Below are positions 9,682 to 19,933 of a DNA stretch of 64,000 bases, piece by piece (position 1 is the stretch's first letter; each line of letters starts with the position of its first letter). The notes beneath the pieces are model-generated. The model had not been told where the DNA came from. It did not search any database and saw only the letters and a list, made by a program, of their open reading frames with translations. Origin of the DNA: Eledone cirrhosa (lineage: Eukaryota); assembly GCA_964016885.1 (NCBI GenBank), contig OZ024742.1, positions 12,648,001-12,712,000 on the forward strand. The letters are read 5' to 3'. A program made the position numbers and the translations under genes.

Positions 9682-11431
9682 TATCTCCTCCCTTCTGTAT
9701 GTGTTGACTCTCGAGCCACTACTGCGGAAGTTGGAGTTGTTGCAGGGCATCCCTTTGGAACCGGGATTGCGGAAAGCGGTGTCGGCCTACGCCGATGACG
9801 TGACAGTAATGGTGTCGACGGCCTCCGAAATCGAGGCGGTCGGCACCTTACTGGAGGAGTACGAAAAGTTCACAGGGGCTAAGCTGAACCGGGACAAGTC
9901 GATCGGTTTGCAACTCGGCACGTGGAGGGGCAGACCGATGCCCTCCGATGGCGTCGTCGGACGCTGGACGGAGGGCCCGGTGAAGTTGCTCGGGGTCTGG
10001 TTCGGACCGGACCTCCAGGTGGAGAAAAACTGGGCGGAGGTTACGAACAGGGTGTTTGCACTGACCCAGAAGTGGGCCAGTTGCAAAACTATCCCTGAAA
10101 GGTCGGGCGGAGGTGGCGAACACCTACATAGCGTCCGTAATCTACTACCGCCTGACCGTAGTGCCCTGCCCAAGGGAAACCCTCACCAAGATGGAGCGCG
10201 CGCTCTTCCAATTCCTTTGGAAGAGGCGGGCTCCTATGGTGAGGAGATCCATCTGCTGTCAACACCCTTCGAAAGGAGGGCTGGGGATGCCGTGGCTAAT
10301 GATGCGTAAACACGCATTAAGGCTACGGCACCTCTACGTATTCCTCACCGGACAACCGGTGTGGGCCTCGTTTGTGAGACGAACCTTTCCCAGACTCGTC
10401 TCACTCACCGAGCTGCAATCCTGGGTCAAGCAAAGACCGAGAAAACTGGGCGCCTGGCACACTGAGTGTGCCCAGGCGCTCACCGCCCTCTGGCAGGCGG
10501 ATCCGGTTATCAGTGGAGACTCCACCGCAACATTCTATAGAGGGCTGGTACGCAGCAGGTGCGACGACGCCCTCGGAGAAGCCCTAGACATGTAGGAGGA
10601 CGAACTGGCCAGCCTGTTCGGTAGGACATTCAGCCCGGGACCTATGGACAACTTCCAGAAGTCCCTGGCCTGGCAGTGCTACCGAGGGGCTTTACCCGTT
10701 CGAGAAAGGCTCTACAGACACGGGCGCCCGGGTAGGGACCCCGCCAAAAAGATCTGTCCCAGATGCGTGTGCGACGAGGAAACCGTTGCACACGCATTGG
10801 TACACTGCTCGCGCGTAGCCGATCTGTGGGGCTATGTCGAACAACTGCTATCAAGGGTGGGACCGATCCGGTTGACCACCGAGTCTATTGTAATGATCAA
10901 GCCGCCTCCCCCCTTCAAAGATGAAGCAGAGGCGGTGTTTCTGTGCGTAATAGCCATGGCGAAAGAGGTTGTATGGTGGACGCGTCTGAAAGGACTGAGG
11001 TCAGGCACCTTTCTCTCTGGCCAACAACTGGTCCGTTTCTTCCGATATCATTTCGGAAGAAGGATCAGGATGGAGAGAGAGGTGCTGCACCCCAGCCGTT
11101 TCTATGAAAGATGGGTGAAAGTGGCGAGAATGGCCTGTGTGAATGGGCCTTCACTCTACATCAGACTATAGGTGAGGAAGATGAAAGACCAAGGGAGCAC
11201 CCCTTCTCTGTGCTCCTGAGGAGAAGGGTTGCACACTTTTTTCGGGGGTGTGTGCGACCCCCCAAGGCGCCTCCTCTCTATTGAGGATTTTGTTATAAAT
11301 TTTATTTTTTGTTATATCTTATTTTATTTTTATATTTTGTTATTGCCTCCTCCTTATTGAGGACGCCTTTTTGTGTAAACTCCCCCCTTTGTACTTGTCC
11401 CACTTTTGATGCCCTAGTGGCAAATAAAAGA

Positions 11432-11434
<3 letters not shown>
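9682..11434 (+). mobile_element. 5'-truncated non-LTR retrotransposon, L1/Tx1 clade (ORF2 RT C-terminal half + CCHC zinc knuckle + 3' UTR)
   Basis: SLLYVLTLEPL, SAYADDVTV, TGAKLNRDKS, KLLGVWF, KGGLGMP, LPVRERL, CPRCVCDEETVAHALVHC. One frameshift near 10080 and one in-frame TAG (10593-10595). Stop at 11171, then a U-rich 3' UTR and AATAAA running into (TA)n. GC-rich relative to its flanks. Confidence 0.92.
9701..11171 (+). pseudogene. Disrupted ORF2 (reverse transcriptase) of the Tx1-like LINE
   Basis: ORFs 9701-10309, 10113-10595 and 10644-11171 join into one protein when the two lesions are corrected. Confidence 0.88.
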
Positions 11435-11490
<56 letters not shown>

Positions 11491-11805
11491 AAATGAAAAA
11501 TCAGTGATGCATCTGGACTCAGGTAATTGTGTGTTACAATTGTTTCGCCGGCAGACAGCTCGAGACACGATCATTGTATGGATCTGTTTGATTCTGGAAC
11601 TGCAGGTTCGTCGGATACTGGCAATAATTCCGGATCAAATTTTCTCCACTGGGGTGTTAGCGTCAAAAAACATCTTCCTCGCTTGTCCCGCTGTTGGCTG
11701 TTTTTTTTTCTACGTCATCATAAATTCTGGCCAATAATTGCTGTCAGACTGTCCATCACACACTTCAATGAATTCATGCTGGGTTTGGTATTTCACAAGT
11801 CCACT

Positions 11806-11868
11806 CACACACACATATACACATATACCCACATACATACATACATACACATATACACATACACATAC

Positions 11869-11911
<43 letters not shown>

Positions 11912-12415
11912 GACCCATATATATATATATATACACACACTCACATACACACACACACGCACACAACCATATAACTAACAACATACACGTCCACAGACGC
12001 CTGCCTACATGCCCGCGTACATCAGCTCTTTGTACACGCACGCACGCACACACGCACACACACACGCACACGCATACATGGGCACACACATGCGTACGTA
12101 TGTATACATATATACAGAGAGAGAGAGATTTATATATATAGATAGATAGATTGTCGATTTGTGTCAGCAAGTAACCACAAGTTAAAAACATACTCAATAT
12201 ATAGGTAGAGTATAGTCATTTTTTATTTTATATATCGAATAATATATGTGTGCGTGTGTGCTTCTATGTGTGTATATGAGCGTGAGCGTGCATGTGTGTG
12301 CAAGGGTGTGTGTGTGAGTGTGTGTGTGTGTGAGTGTGTGTGTGTGTGAGTGTGTGTGTGGGTGTGGGTGTGTGTGTGGGTGTGTGTGCAGGTATGTGTG
12401 TGTGCGTGTGTGAGT
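11806..12415. repeat. Compound (CA)/(TA)/(GA) and (TG) microsatellite cluster
   Basis: Read directly; CA-rich block 11806-12120 and TG-rich block 12246-12415. Confidence 0.92.
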
Positions 12416-14198
12416 AAACAGCACGGAGATCCAGAAGGAATACCTCAAATCATTTTATCCGACTTTCTAACGACTTTTCTAACTTCCCCGCCTGTTTACA
12501 CAGTATGGTATTACAAAAGTATTGGATCATGTGATGATCAGAACAATTGATCAGGTGTATCGATAAGTATGCAGAGTTTTGCCATGGATTATATATGATG
12601 ACTGATGTTTAATAGCTAGTCTTAGATTCAACCCTACATAGATTCACACACACCCAACACCACCTTCATGCATTCTTCAGCTACAAGCTATTTTCACCAT
12701 ATCAACACCATGCATTCATTTAATTGTTAAATTTTGAGAAACTACTTTACAAATATTTGTCTTTGGAAACGGTTTTCTGGAGAATCACGTCTACTAAATT
12801 GTTTAAATACTCCCATCCCAGCAACCGAACAAATTATATGATAATCTTTTAACATTTAACTCTAAGCTCACATCATATGAGAGAATGTGACAACATAATC
12901 TGGTCACAGTATATTTATTGGAATCCAGGGCTTTATGTCAACAAACTTCTCGGAGATCCGGCCGCTTAGGATTTGAATAATAAAACTAAATATTCTGTAA
13001 GCAAACATTGTATGTTGTAATATATGTTGAATAATACTGGTTTTCTTCTTCCGAATATGTACACAGCTAATATTAATTCATGTCGTCACTAACTTTATTG
13101 TTTTCTCCTATTTTCTACTGATAAATCTTTTGTAAGTTATTCTAAATAACAATTTGATATACAATAACGTCATCTTGTTAAAACAGTATTCCGACATCTC
13201 CTTTGTTAGTTAACAATCGAAGATTCATTTAATAAAAGAACGGATATTTAGTCTTGTTCTACAATCAGATTTTAAATGTATAAAATGCTGTATAGACAAA
13301 GTGGTCTAGAAAAGGTAGTATTGTGATCTCAGCCTAGTGGGGTTCCATTCAGAATCGATGCAGTCAGAGAACGATGCATTCTTTAGTAGTCAGACTGGTT
13401 ATAGATTTGTTAGGCTCCTGAATAAAACATCTTGTAGTGTACACTTGGCAATATTCGATCAAGAAAAATTACGCAAGATATTCTAAACATTTATATTACT
13501 CGTATAATAATAGCAACAACCCAGACAGAAACACACATATACACACAGACCTTTAAAAAATAAATATTTGTTGTCATTCCTTTTTCTAAGCCAATTTACT
13601 GTGAATTTACAATCTTAATGTCATGCATGAAATTATTGTTCAAAGCTATAATAAAACATGCCCAATGATTAAACATTAAAACTACGACTGAATTTATAAA
13701 ATGACAATTCTTTGCATGAACAAAATATGACAACGTTTGAGAGAAAGCAGAGTCATTTGACTGGGAATATGGGAGTATGAGAGAGAATTTGATACCCAGT
13801 TTGGTCTCTTCTCTTTCCTCATTACTGAGGGTCGGGTACGATAGACAATTATGCCATTGTTCATTCATCAATATGATGTTGGAAGTCAATGGGTTCCAAA
13901 TTTTCTCGGAAGCTTTCTACCAAGCCACAACTCATCCACCTTCACAAGGATGAAGTTGTTGGGTTACTTTATATGTTGTCACCTTTGTCCCATCTAGCCT
14001 GGCTTAGAAATTAGTCTGATCCTTCTCCTAGAGATACTGCCAACCAAGGATAACAAACACTGTCTACTTTTATTTATACACTCTCGGATGGCTGTTGACC
14101 CTTATGAGTTCCTTCACCCTTTGACAGGTTTATATTTTCATCACAGTCTCCAAAAATCATTCTCCTCACCAAACTTACTTGATGGGTTTGGCGCTTTA

Positions 14199-14331
14199 GT
14201 CTCCGACAAGACGACCAGCAGATAAGTTGTGTTAGATTAGATGTTACCAGTAGAACTTGGTGAGGTTTACGGTTTGGTCACCGACGACCCGACCATATGA
14301 TAGGTTGTTCCGGATTAGATGTTACCAGTAG
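14199..14331. repeat. Degenerate two-copy direct repeat, ~77-bp period
   Basis: ccgac...gacca...gata.gttgt....gattagatgttaccagtag occurs twice (cores at ~14235 and ~14312). Confidence 0.7.
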
Positions 14332-15344
14332 CGCTCGAGAACGACCTAACATAAATTTGATATCAGACGCCGCAGGTACTTACCGTAATACCCTTAATCC
14401 ATCCTTCCTCTATAGTTGGCGTCATCCATCATCTTTCAAATGATTTAATCCTCTATATACGTGTGCATATGAGATTGATCCTGGATACGCTACAGTAATT
14501 TTCTAGTACATATTCGTCTCTAAGATTTCGTCAAAAGAAATACGGTGTTTGTCATAATACACAGAAGAAAACGAAAAAAAAAACTCTCCAACATTTCTTT
14601 TATGAGGATGTCAGACATATTATTAAATCATAGACCTGTGAATTATGAACAGATTACTTAAACTTAATTCTACATTCCTCTTTGTATTTTATAAGAGAAC
14701 AGACATTAAATTCATTGAATCAACATTTCTCGAAGTGGACACTTCATGTGAAGAAGTGGTATTTAATTTTCAGCGAGTTCGCTTGAAAGCTAGGAAGATG
14801 AATAATATATTTATGAATGTTGTTCTACTTGTTGCTGAGTACCTTTTATTATAATGTTTCGCTGATGTTGTTTAAATGTCTGTAATATCAATTTCAATTT
14901 AAATGAATGCGATCTTCATAGCTTCGTAGCCATTTATGTTAAATTGAATTTTGCTTGTTGAAAAGAAGTTACATTGTAAACAATATTAGAATCAAACAAT
15001 AAAATATTCCTTTTAATTCTTCTTTTTTTTTGTGTGTGTGTTAGATGTTATACAATTTATCGTTCAGCAAATATGTGTCGCGTCAGAGAAAAGATTATTT
15101 ATAAATTTTCTAATATAGTGAGCGAATTCAAGGAATGTGATCAGATTACAAGGAATTAATAAGTGTTGTTTCCATGTGACTACATAACTACATTATAGAG
15201 ACTACTTTAGAGTCATCAGATTTATATACAACGTTGGAAAATAGCCTACTATATAACGTGTCGTCTACCTTTCAGCTACGGAAACGTCACTTTCTGTCTC
15301 CGTCATTTGGGAATGTGCTGTTCTTTTCTCATTCTGTAGTTAAT

Positions 15345-15555
15345 GGTTTCTGATTTAGACACAAGACCAGCAATTGTTTGTTTGTTTTTTGTGTGTTTTT
15401 TCTTTTTATGGGGGTCGATTAATTTAACTCCAGTGCATTACTGGTACTTTATTTTATCGATCCCGTTAAGATGAAATTCAAACCTTAATGGGCCGTAACT
15501 CTATACCGTGAAGCATGGTGTCCGGTGCTCCACCGATGCTGCCAATCCACCGCCC
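15345..15555 (-). mobile_element. tRNA-derived SINE, internally deleted
   Basis: acaagaccagcaatt...cagtgcattactggtactttattttatcga...ggccgtaactctata...ctccaccgatgctgccaatccaccgcc is the reverse complement of the SINE tail, body and head. Confidence 0.8.
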
Positions 15556-15562
15556 TAACCAG

Positions 15563-15705
15563 TTTCTAATTTAAGCACAAGGCCAGCAATTTGGTGGAAG
15601 GCAGGGAAACATCGGTTAAATCGATCTCAGAATTTACCTATTTTGTATTTTATTTTATCGACATAAGAAGGATGAAAAGTAAAGTTGATCTCGGTGAGAT
15701 TTAAA
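15563..15705 (-). mobile_element. tRNA-derived SINE, 5'-truncated, older
   Basis: tttctaatttaagcacaaggccagcaattt...ttttatcgac....aaggatgaaaagtaaagttgatctcgg.gagatttaaa. Confidence 0.7.
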
Positions 15706-16067
15706 ATCCATCCACGTGCAAGGACCGAGCTACATCCACTTCCTCAGCAGCACCTACCCACATGTGGGGGTTGTTCCCGGGCCCAGATTTGCCTCATCAG
15801 TCACCTCTGACCAACAACCAAAGGGTTCCCCACCCAATTTGTGGTCACTTTCGATTCTAAAGGATGAACAACAATATAATCCATCCGACTGGCTTTCAAG
15901 CAATATCTGTCTATTGAGTTTTACTGGCAGGATTTGGAAGATCTTATGGTAAAGTCTCTCACCCAAGACACCACCACGTAATAAGACCAAACCCGAGAAC
16001 ACGTAATAGAATATATTGACCAGGTCCAACCAATTTAAAACCAAATACTTTATTATTCCTTTACGAC

Positions 16068-16255
16068 AGGCGGTGGATTGGCCATAAACGGTAGAGGGTC
16101 AGACGCCATGCTTTGACGCATAGAGTTACAGCCCTTGACATTCTGAGTTCAAATCCCGTCGAGGTTAACTTTGCCTTTCATCCTTACGGGGTCGATAAAA
16201 TAAAGTACCAGTAATGTACTGGGTAATTGCTGGCCTTGTGGCAAAAGTAGAAACA
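16068..16255 (+). mobile_element. Full-length tRNA-derived SINE (short-tail subfamily) with TSD
   Basis: Highly similar to the 7258 copy. Flanked by the direct repeat attattcctttacgac (16052-16067 and 16256-16271). Confidence 0.9.
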
Positions 16256-16906
16256 ATTATTCCTTTACGACGTTAATTGCAGTAAACATGAAATATGGAT
16301 ATTTAACACATTTATTATAATCCCAATGACATTGTACGAATGATGTCCGACTGATTAAAAGGACATTTGTGAGAAAATACTAGAAAGTAATGTCTTCTTT
16401 TTAAATTAACATAAACTAAGTAATATATTCCAAGTTTTAATATCACTGGCGTTAATTTTACTTTAATATTTCCCAGTTGACAAATTTTATACATTAGATT
16501 CGATTCAATGCACTTCATTGATTTCAGAACTAATGATCTCTGCCCAATCGAAAGAAATAATTATTTTTAGAATCATATATAATTTCAGAGAAACAGTTGA
16601 GTGTAAATTATCTCTTAATTTATGATTCTGCAATTATTTGAAGAATTCAAGCATGTGTTTGTCTATATGTTTTAAATAGGTCTTCGCATCGCTTACTTTT
16701 ACCTTTGTTTAGCCCCCTATCAGGCCAGATGAAGCAGATCTATGTTCAGATGTATTACAATCATACATACCTACCTTGTCGTTTGCTTTCCACGCTGTGT
16801 ATCTAGAGTTTCTTTTATGTTGTAAAACAGTAAGAAGGGTTTCGTGTGACATGATGAATATTTCCTTACTATTTGTAGGAGGCTGAAGAACGCCTATAGG
16901 CTTTTA

Positions 16907-17175
16907 CTAGGGTCGGTTAAAAGGTTTATAGGCTGCAATGTTTCTTTCCAGGGACTATGTTGAAAATAAACCCCATTTGGTCATTCCATGATAGTTTCTT
17001 GGTCAGCCTATGATGAAGTGATGCTAGGCTGTGAAATCTTTCATGCATTAATTTCAACTCTTCTTGTTAATAACTACATTGTTTCTTTTCCAAGGCCAAT
17101 GTTGAAAACTAAACCTCATTAGGTCCTTCCATGAGAGTATCTTGGTCAGTCTATGAACTTTCCAGCCGACCCTCC
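16907..17175. mobile_element. Tc1/mariner-type MITE with TA target duplication
   Basis: Left TA-ctagggtcggttaaaaggtttataggctg and right cagtctatgaactttccagccgaccctcc-TA are imperfect ~29-bp inverted repeats. The subterminal block atgttgaaaa(c)taaac..cattt/aggtc.ttccatga.agt.tcttggtcag is duplicated internally (~16957, ~17099). Confidence 0.7.
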
Positions 17176-17364
17176 TATGATATTTCAACAGATATTTCTG
17201 AAGAAATTCATCACACTGAACGATGTGTATCAAAATGTTTTAACACAAACAATATATATGGTGGTCTGTGTAGATATTTACCCGAGAAATAAACCTGTTA
17301 TCACTTATAAAAATATAGGATGAGGCGGGGTTTTACATTAGAACTGAAAAGAGATAATATAGAT

Positions 17365-19393
17365 AAGCATGTCTAACTGAGGATCCCCCAAGGGCCGCAT
17401 GTGTCACATGTGTGTTGTCTGAGGGCCGCACACGACAACTAATTGTGCACATTACAACTAATTAAAGTCATTTAATAAAATGTATTGCAGAAAAATGTGT
17501 TACTTAACTTTAGAACCATACAATGTACATACAAATATTTAGCAGCAAAGTAATGAAGTGGTTTGACAAAAAACTAAAATTTAAAATGTCAACATGTACT
17601 TGCAGCTTGCAACAGCAACAAATACATTGTACAAAAATTACAACAGTTCAAAAGTGAACATTTATTTCTACTATTCAACCATTTTTAGTGTTTTGTTCTG
17701 AGGCTTGACACCTCATTTTGTTGACAATTTTTGGTATGTCTGGCTGAAATGTCTGTACAGTTCCAACTTTGATCAGAGATGACAAGTGTTGATCAGTCAA
17801 CCTTGTTCTCTGAGAAGTATTTGTTAATTTCATGAAGGAAAAATAACTGTTTACACACATAGGTAGAACCAAACATTGCCATAATCTTTGTGGCAAACTT
17901 TCTGAAGTTTTTAAACTTTTCAAGAAGGTATCAAAAGGAACCAGGTATCCCCACTTCGAGATACTTTTCTCTGGGTTTAGAATCTGACTGCATTTCCAAT
18001 AGTTCCATCTGTAGGCCGTGGCAACATCAAAGGTGAATGTTGCTGAGAATAATGCAAACTGATGTTCAAAAGATGAGAAAACACAAAATCTTTCCTGAAA
18101 TTCCTTTGACAACAATTCCATGTGACTGTCATATTTAGCTAAGCTAAGTACAGACTCAGTATTGGCAGTGTTTTTCAGCTCTTTGCACGTAGGAAAATGA
18201 ACAAAATTTTCATTTGACAACTGTGACTTCCATAAGTTTAGTTTTCTAATGAAGCACTTGATGTCATCATACAACTGAGTGATGGGTTTGTTTTTACCTT
18301 GTAATTTCAAATTAAGATCAGTTGATTGTGCAGTAATATCCACAGCAAAGGCCTGATGTTGGAGCCAACTTTCATCTTTTATTTCATCTGTGTTTTGACC
18401 TTTCGTCTCCAAAAACATAATAATTTCTTGTCGCAACAAATAGAATCTTTGCAACACTTTGTGACATGACAACCAGCAGACTTCTGTGTAGAATGAAACA
18501 TCGGTGAACTGATTATCCATATCTTCCAACAACTCGCTGAACTGACAGCGGTTGAGAGCACGGCCTCTGTGACCAAGCTAAGCACATGATGCAATTTTAA
18601 AATCTTTGAACACAAATTTTGCTGATGAAGAATACAGTGCAAATGTGCAAATGATGAACCTGGATGCGAGTTTTCTATTTCTGTTCGTAACTTGCCAGTA
18701 ACACCATTATGTCTGCCAACCATATTTGCAGCACCGTCAGTATATAAACATGCAAGTTTGCTCAGATCAAAAACCATAGTCGAGCAGAACCTGCTTGACC
18801 TTCTCAAAGATGTCCAAGATTGTTATAATGTCATGCATGGGGACCATAGCGATCATTCGGCTGAGTTCATAGCTTGCAGTAACGGAAGTGGCATTCTCTT
18901 CCTGAATTTACATAAAACAGGTCTGTTGCTGTGTCAAGTTAACCTTCAATTCCGTGAGTCTTGAAACACACATTGGGCCTTCATATTTATCGTAAGATCG
19001 ATGGTTCGTTTCATAATGCCTTTTCAAATTGTACTCTTTTGGTGTGGTGATGCAGTTGTTGCAAATTAAACAGTGTATCTGTTCACCGTTGTTCATAAAT
19101 ACTGCAATTCCCACTTTTCTTGAAACACTCACCCTTCTTCGTTCAATTTCCTTTTTCTCTTAGCTGGAGAAGCACTAGACATTTTAAAAGAAAAAATCTT
19201 TTGAAATTTTGAAAGAAAGTTTTCTGTTTACAACTGTAAATGAGCTGCGTGTGATTCATCGGAAATTAAAAGTAGTTGACTAAAATCGCACAAAAAAAAC
19301 AATCGTATCGAATTTTTTATTATTTTATATTACGAAGATAAAACATGCTCGCGCTGTAAAAACCTTTATGCGGGCTGCAGGTGTGCTTGCCTA
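17365..19393 (-). mobile_element. Decayed hAT DNA transposon, Buster/Charlie (SPIN, GTF2IRD2-like) group
   Basis: Contains a transposase pseudogene and subterminal GGGCCGCA motifs at both ends. Degenerate left TIR (t)aagcatgtctaac. The right end ...gcgggctgcaggtgtgcttg-ccta is followed by GTCTAGAT (NNNTANNN). Confidence 0.88.
17675..19182 (-). pseudogene. hAT (Buster-type) transposase pseudogene
   Basis: MSSASPAKRKRK..VFQEKW, zinc-finger CLICNN...KEYNLKRHYETNH, LACLYTDGAANMVG (catalytic D2), HCILHQQNLC, FYTEVCWLS, LNLKLQG, AMFGSTYVCKQLF (catalytic E site reads K). Frameshifts, stops, and an apparent internal deletion near 18845 removing the first catalytic D region. Confidence 0.9.
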
Positions 19394-19557
19394 GTCTAGA
19401 TAGATGAGAAACAAAATGAGGATGTAGTTTATGGAACACCCAAATGATTTAGTAGGAGCAATAAAATTAAAAAAGACATGAACGACACCACATCATTTTG
19501 TATTGAAAGTTTTGCAAGTAGGTTTATAAGTATGAATTTTCATAAAAGGTTCGTAGT

Positions 19558-19767
19558 TGTCTCTGTGGCCTAGCGGTAGGTACTAGAGACGGTGGAGATC
19601 CTGGCCTTGGGTTCAATCCAGGTCAAGCGGTACAAGCAATCTTTTGCAGTTTTTATTTTACATCCCATAGAAAAAAACTGAAATGGTTCCCGGGAACCCT
19701 ACTCCCGACCAGCATCGAACTTCAGACTAGGATGACCACCGTCTATGATTCCTCCAACTAGGACACA
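19558..19767. other. Pair of inverted tRNA-like (Pol III A/B box) heads
   Basis: Plus strand: gtggcctagcggtagg...agacggtgg.gatcctgg...ggttcaatccaggtc (19565-19625). Minus strand: gtgtcctagttggagg...agacggtggtcatcctag...agttcgatgctggtc (19706-19766). Confidence 0.55.
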
Positions 19768-19933
19768 TGGGTCACATATGTGTTATCTGAGGGCTACATA
19801 CAACAACTAATTGCGCACATTACAACTAATTTTTTTTTATTTTATATTACGAAGATAAAACATGTTCGGGCTGTAAAAACGTTTGTGCGGGGCGCAGGTG
19901 TGCTTGTAAAGAGCCTCATGTTTGCCATGCCTG
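19762..19933. mobile_element. Internally deleted non-autonomous derivative (MITE-like) of the adjacent hAT, lacking its left TIR
   Basis: 19762-19831 matches the hAT left subterminal region 17394-17463 (gtcacat.tgtgtt.tctgagggc..ca.ac.acaactaattg.gcacattacaactaatt). 19832-19906 matches the right subterminal region 19313-19389 (tattttatattacgaagataaaacatg...ctgtaaaaac.ttt.tgcggg..gcaggtgtgcttg). It then ends in gcctcatGTTTGCCATGCCTG + ATATAGAT. Confidence 0.82.

Noticed and set aside
1849-12550. Many short ORFs with YIYI, CVCV or THTH runs
   Set aside because: Dinucleotide microsatellite translations.
12560-16040. Possible old retroelement fragments or host exons (e.g. ORFs 13596-13889 and 15716-16044; ccttctcctagagatactgccaaccaagg at ~14020)
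   Set aside because: No protein motif could be identified with confidence by eye; this needs RepeatMasker/BLASTx.
6161-16255. Genuine tRNA genes at the A/B-box motifs
   Set aside because: No complete cloverleaf; the boxes are followed by a shared SINE body and tail, with TSDs on two copies.
17675-19182. Domesticated host gene of GTF2IRD2/ZBED type
   Set aside because: Frameshifts, stops, an internal deletion and retained transposon ends indicate a dead transposon copy.
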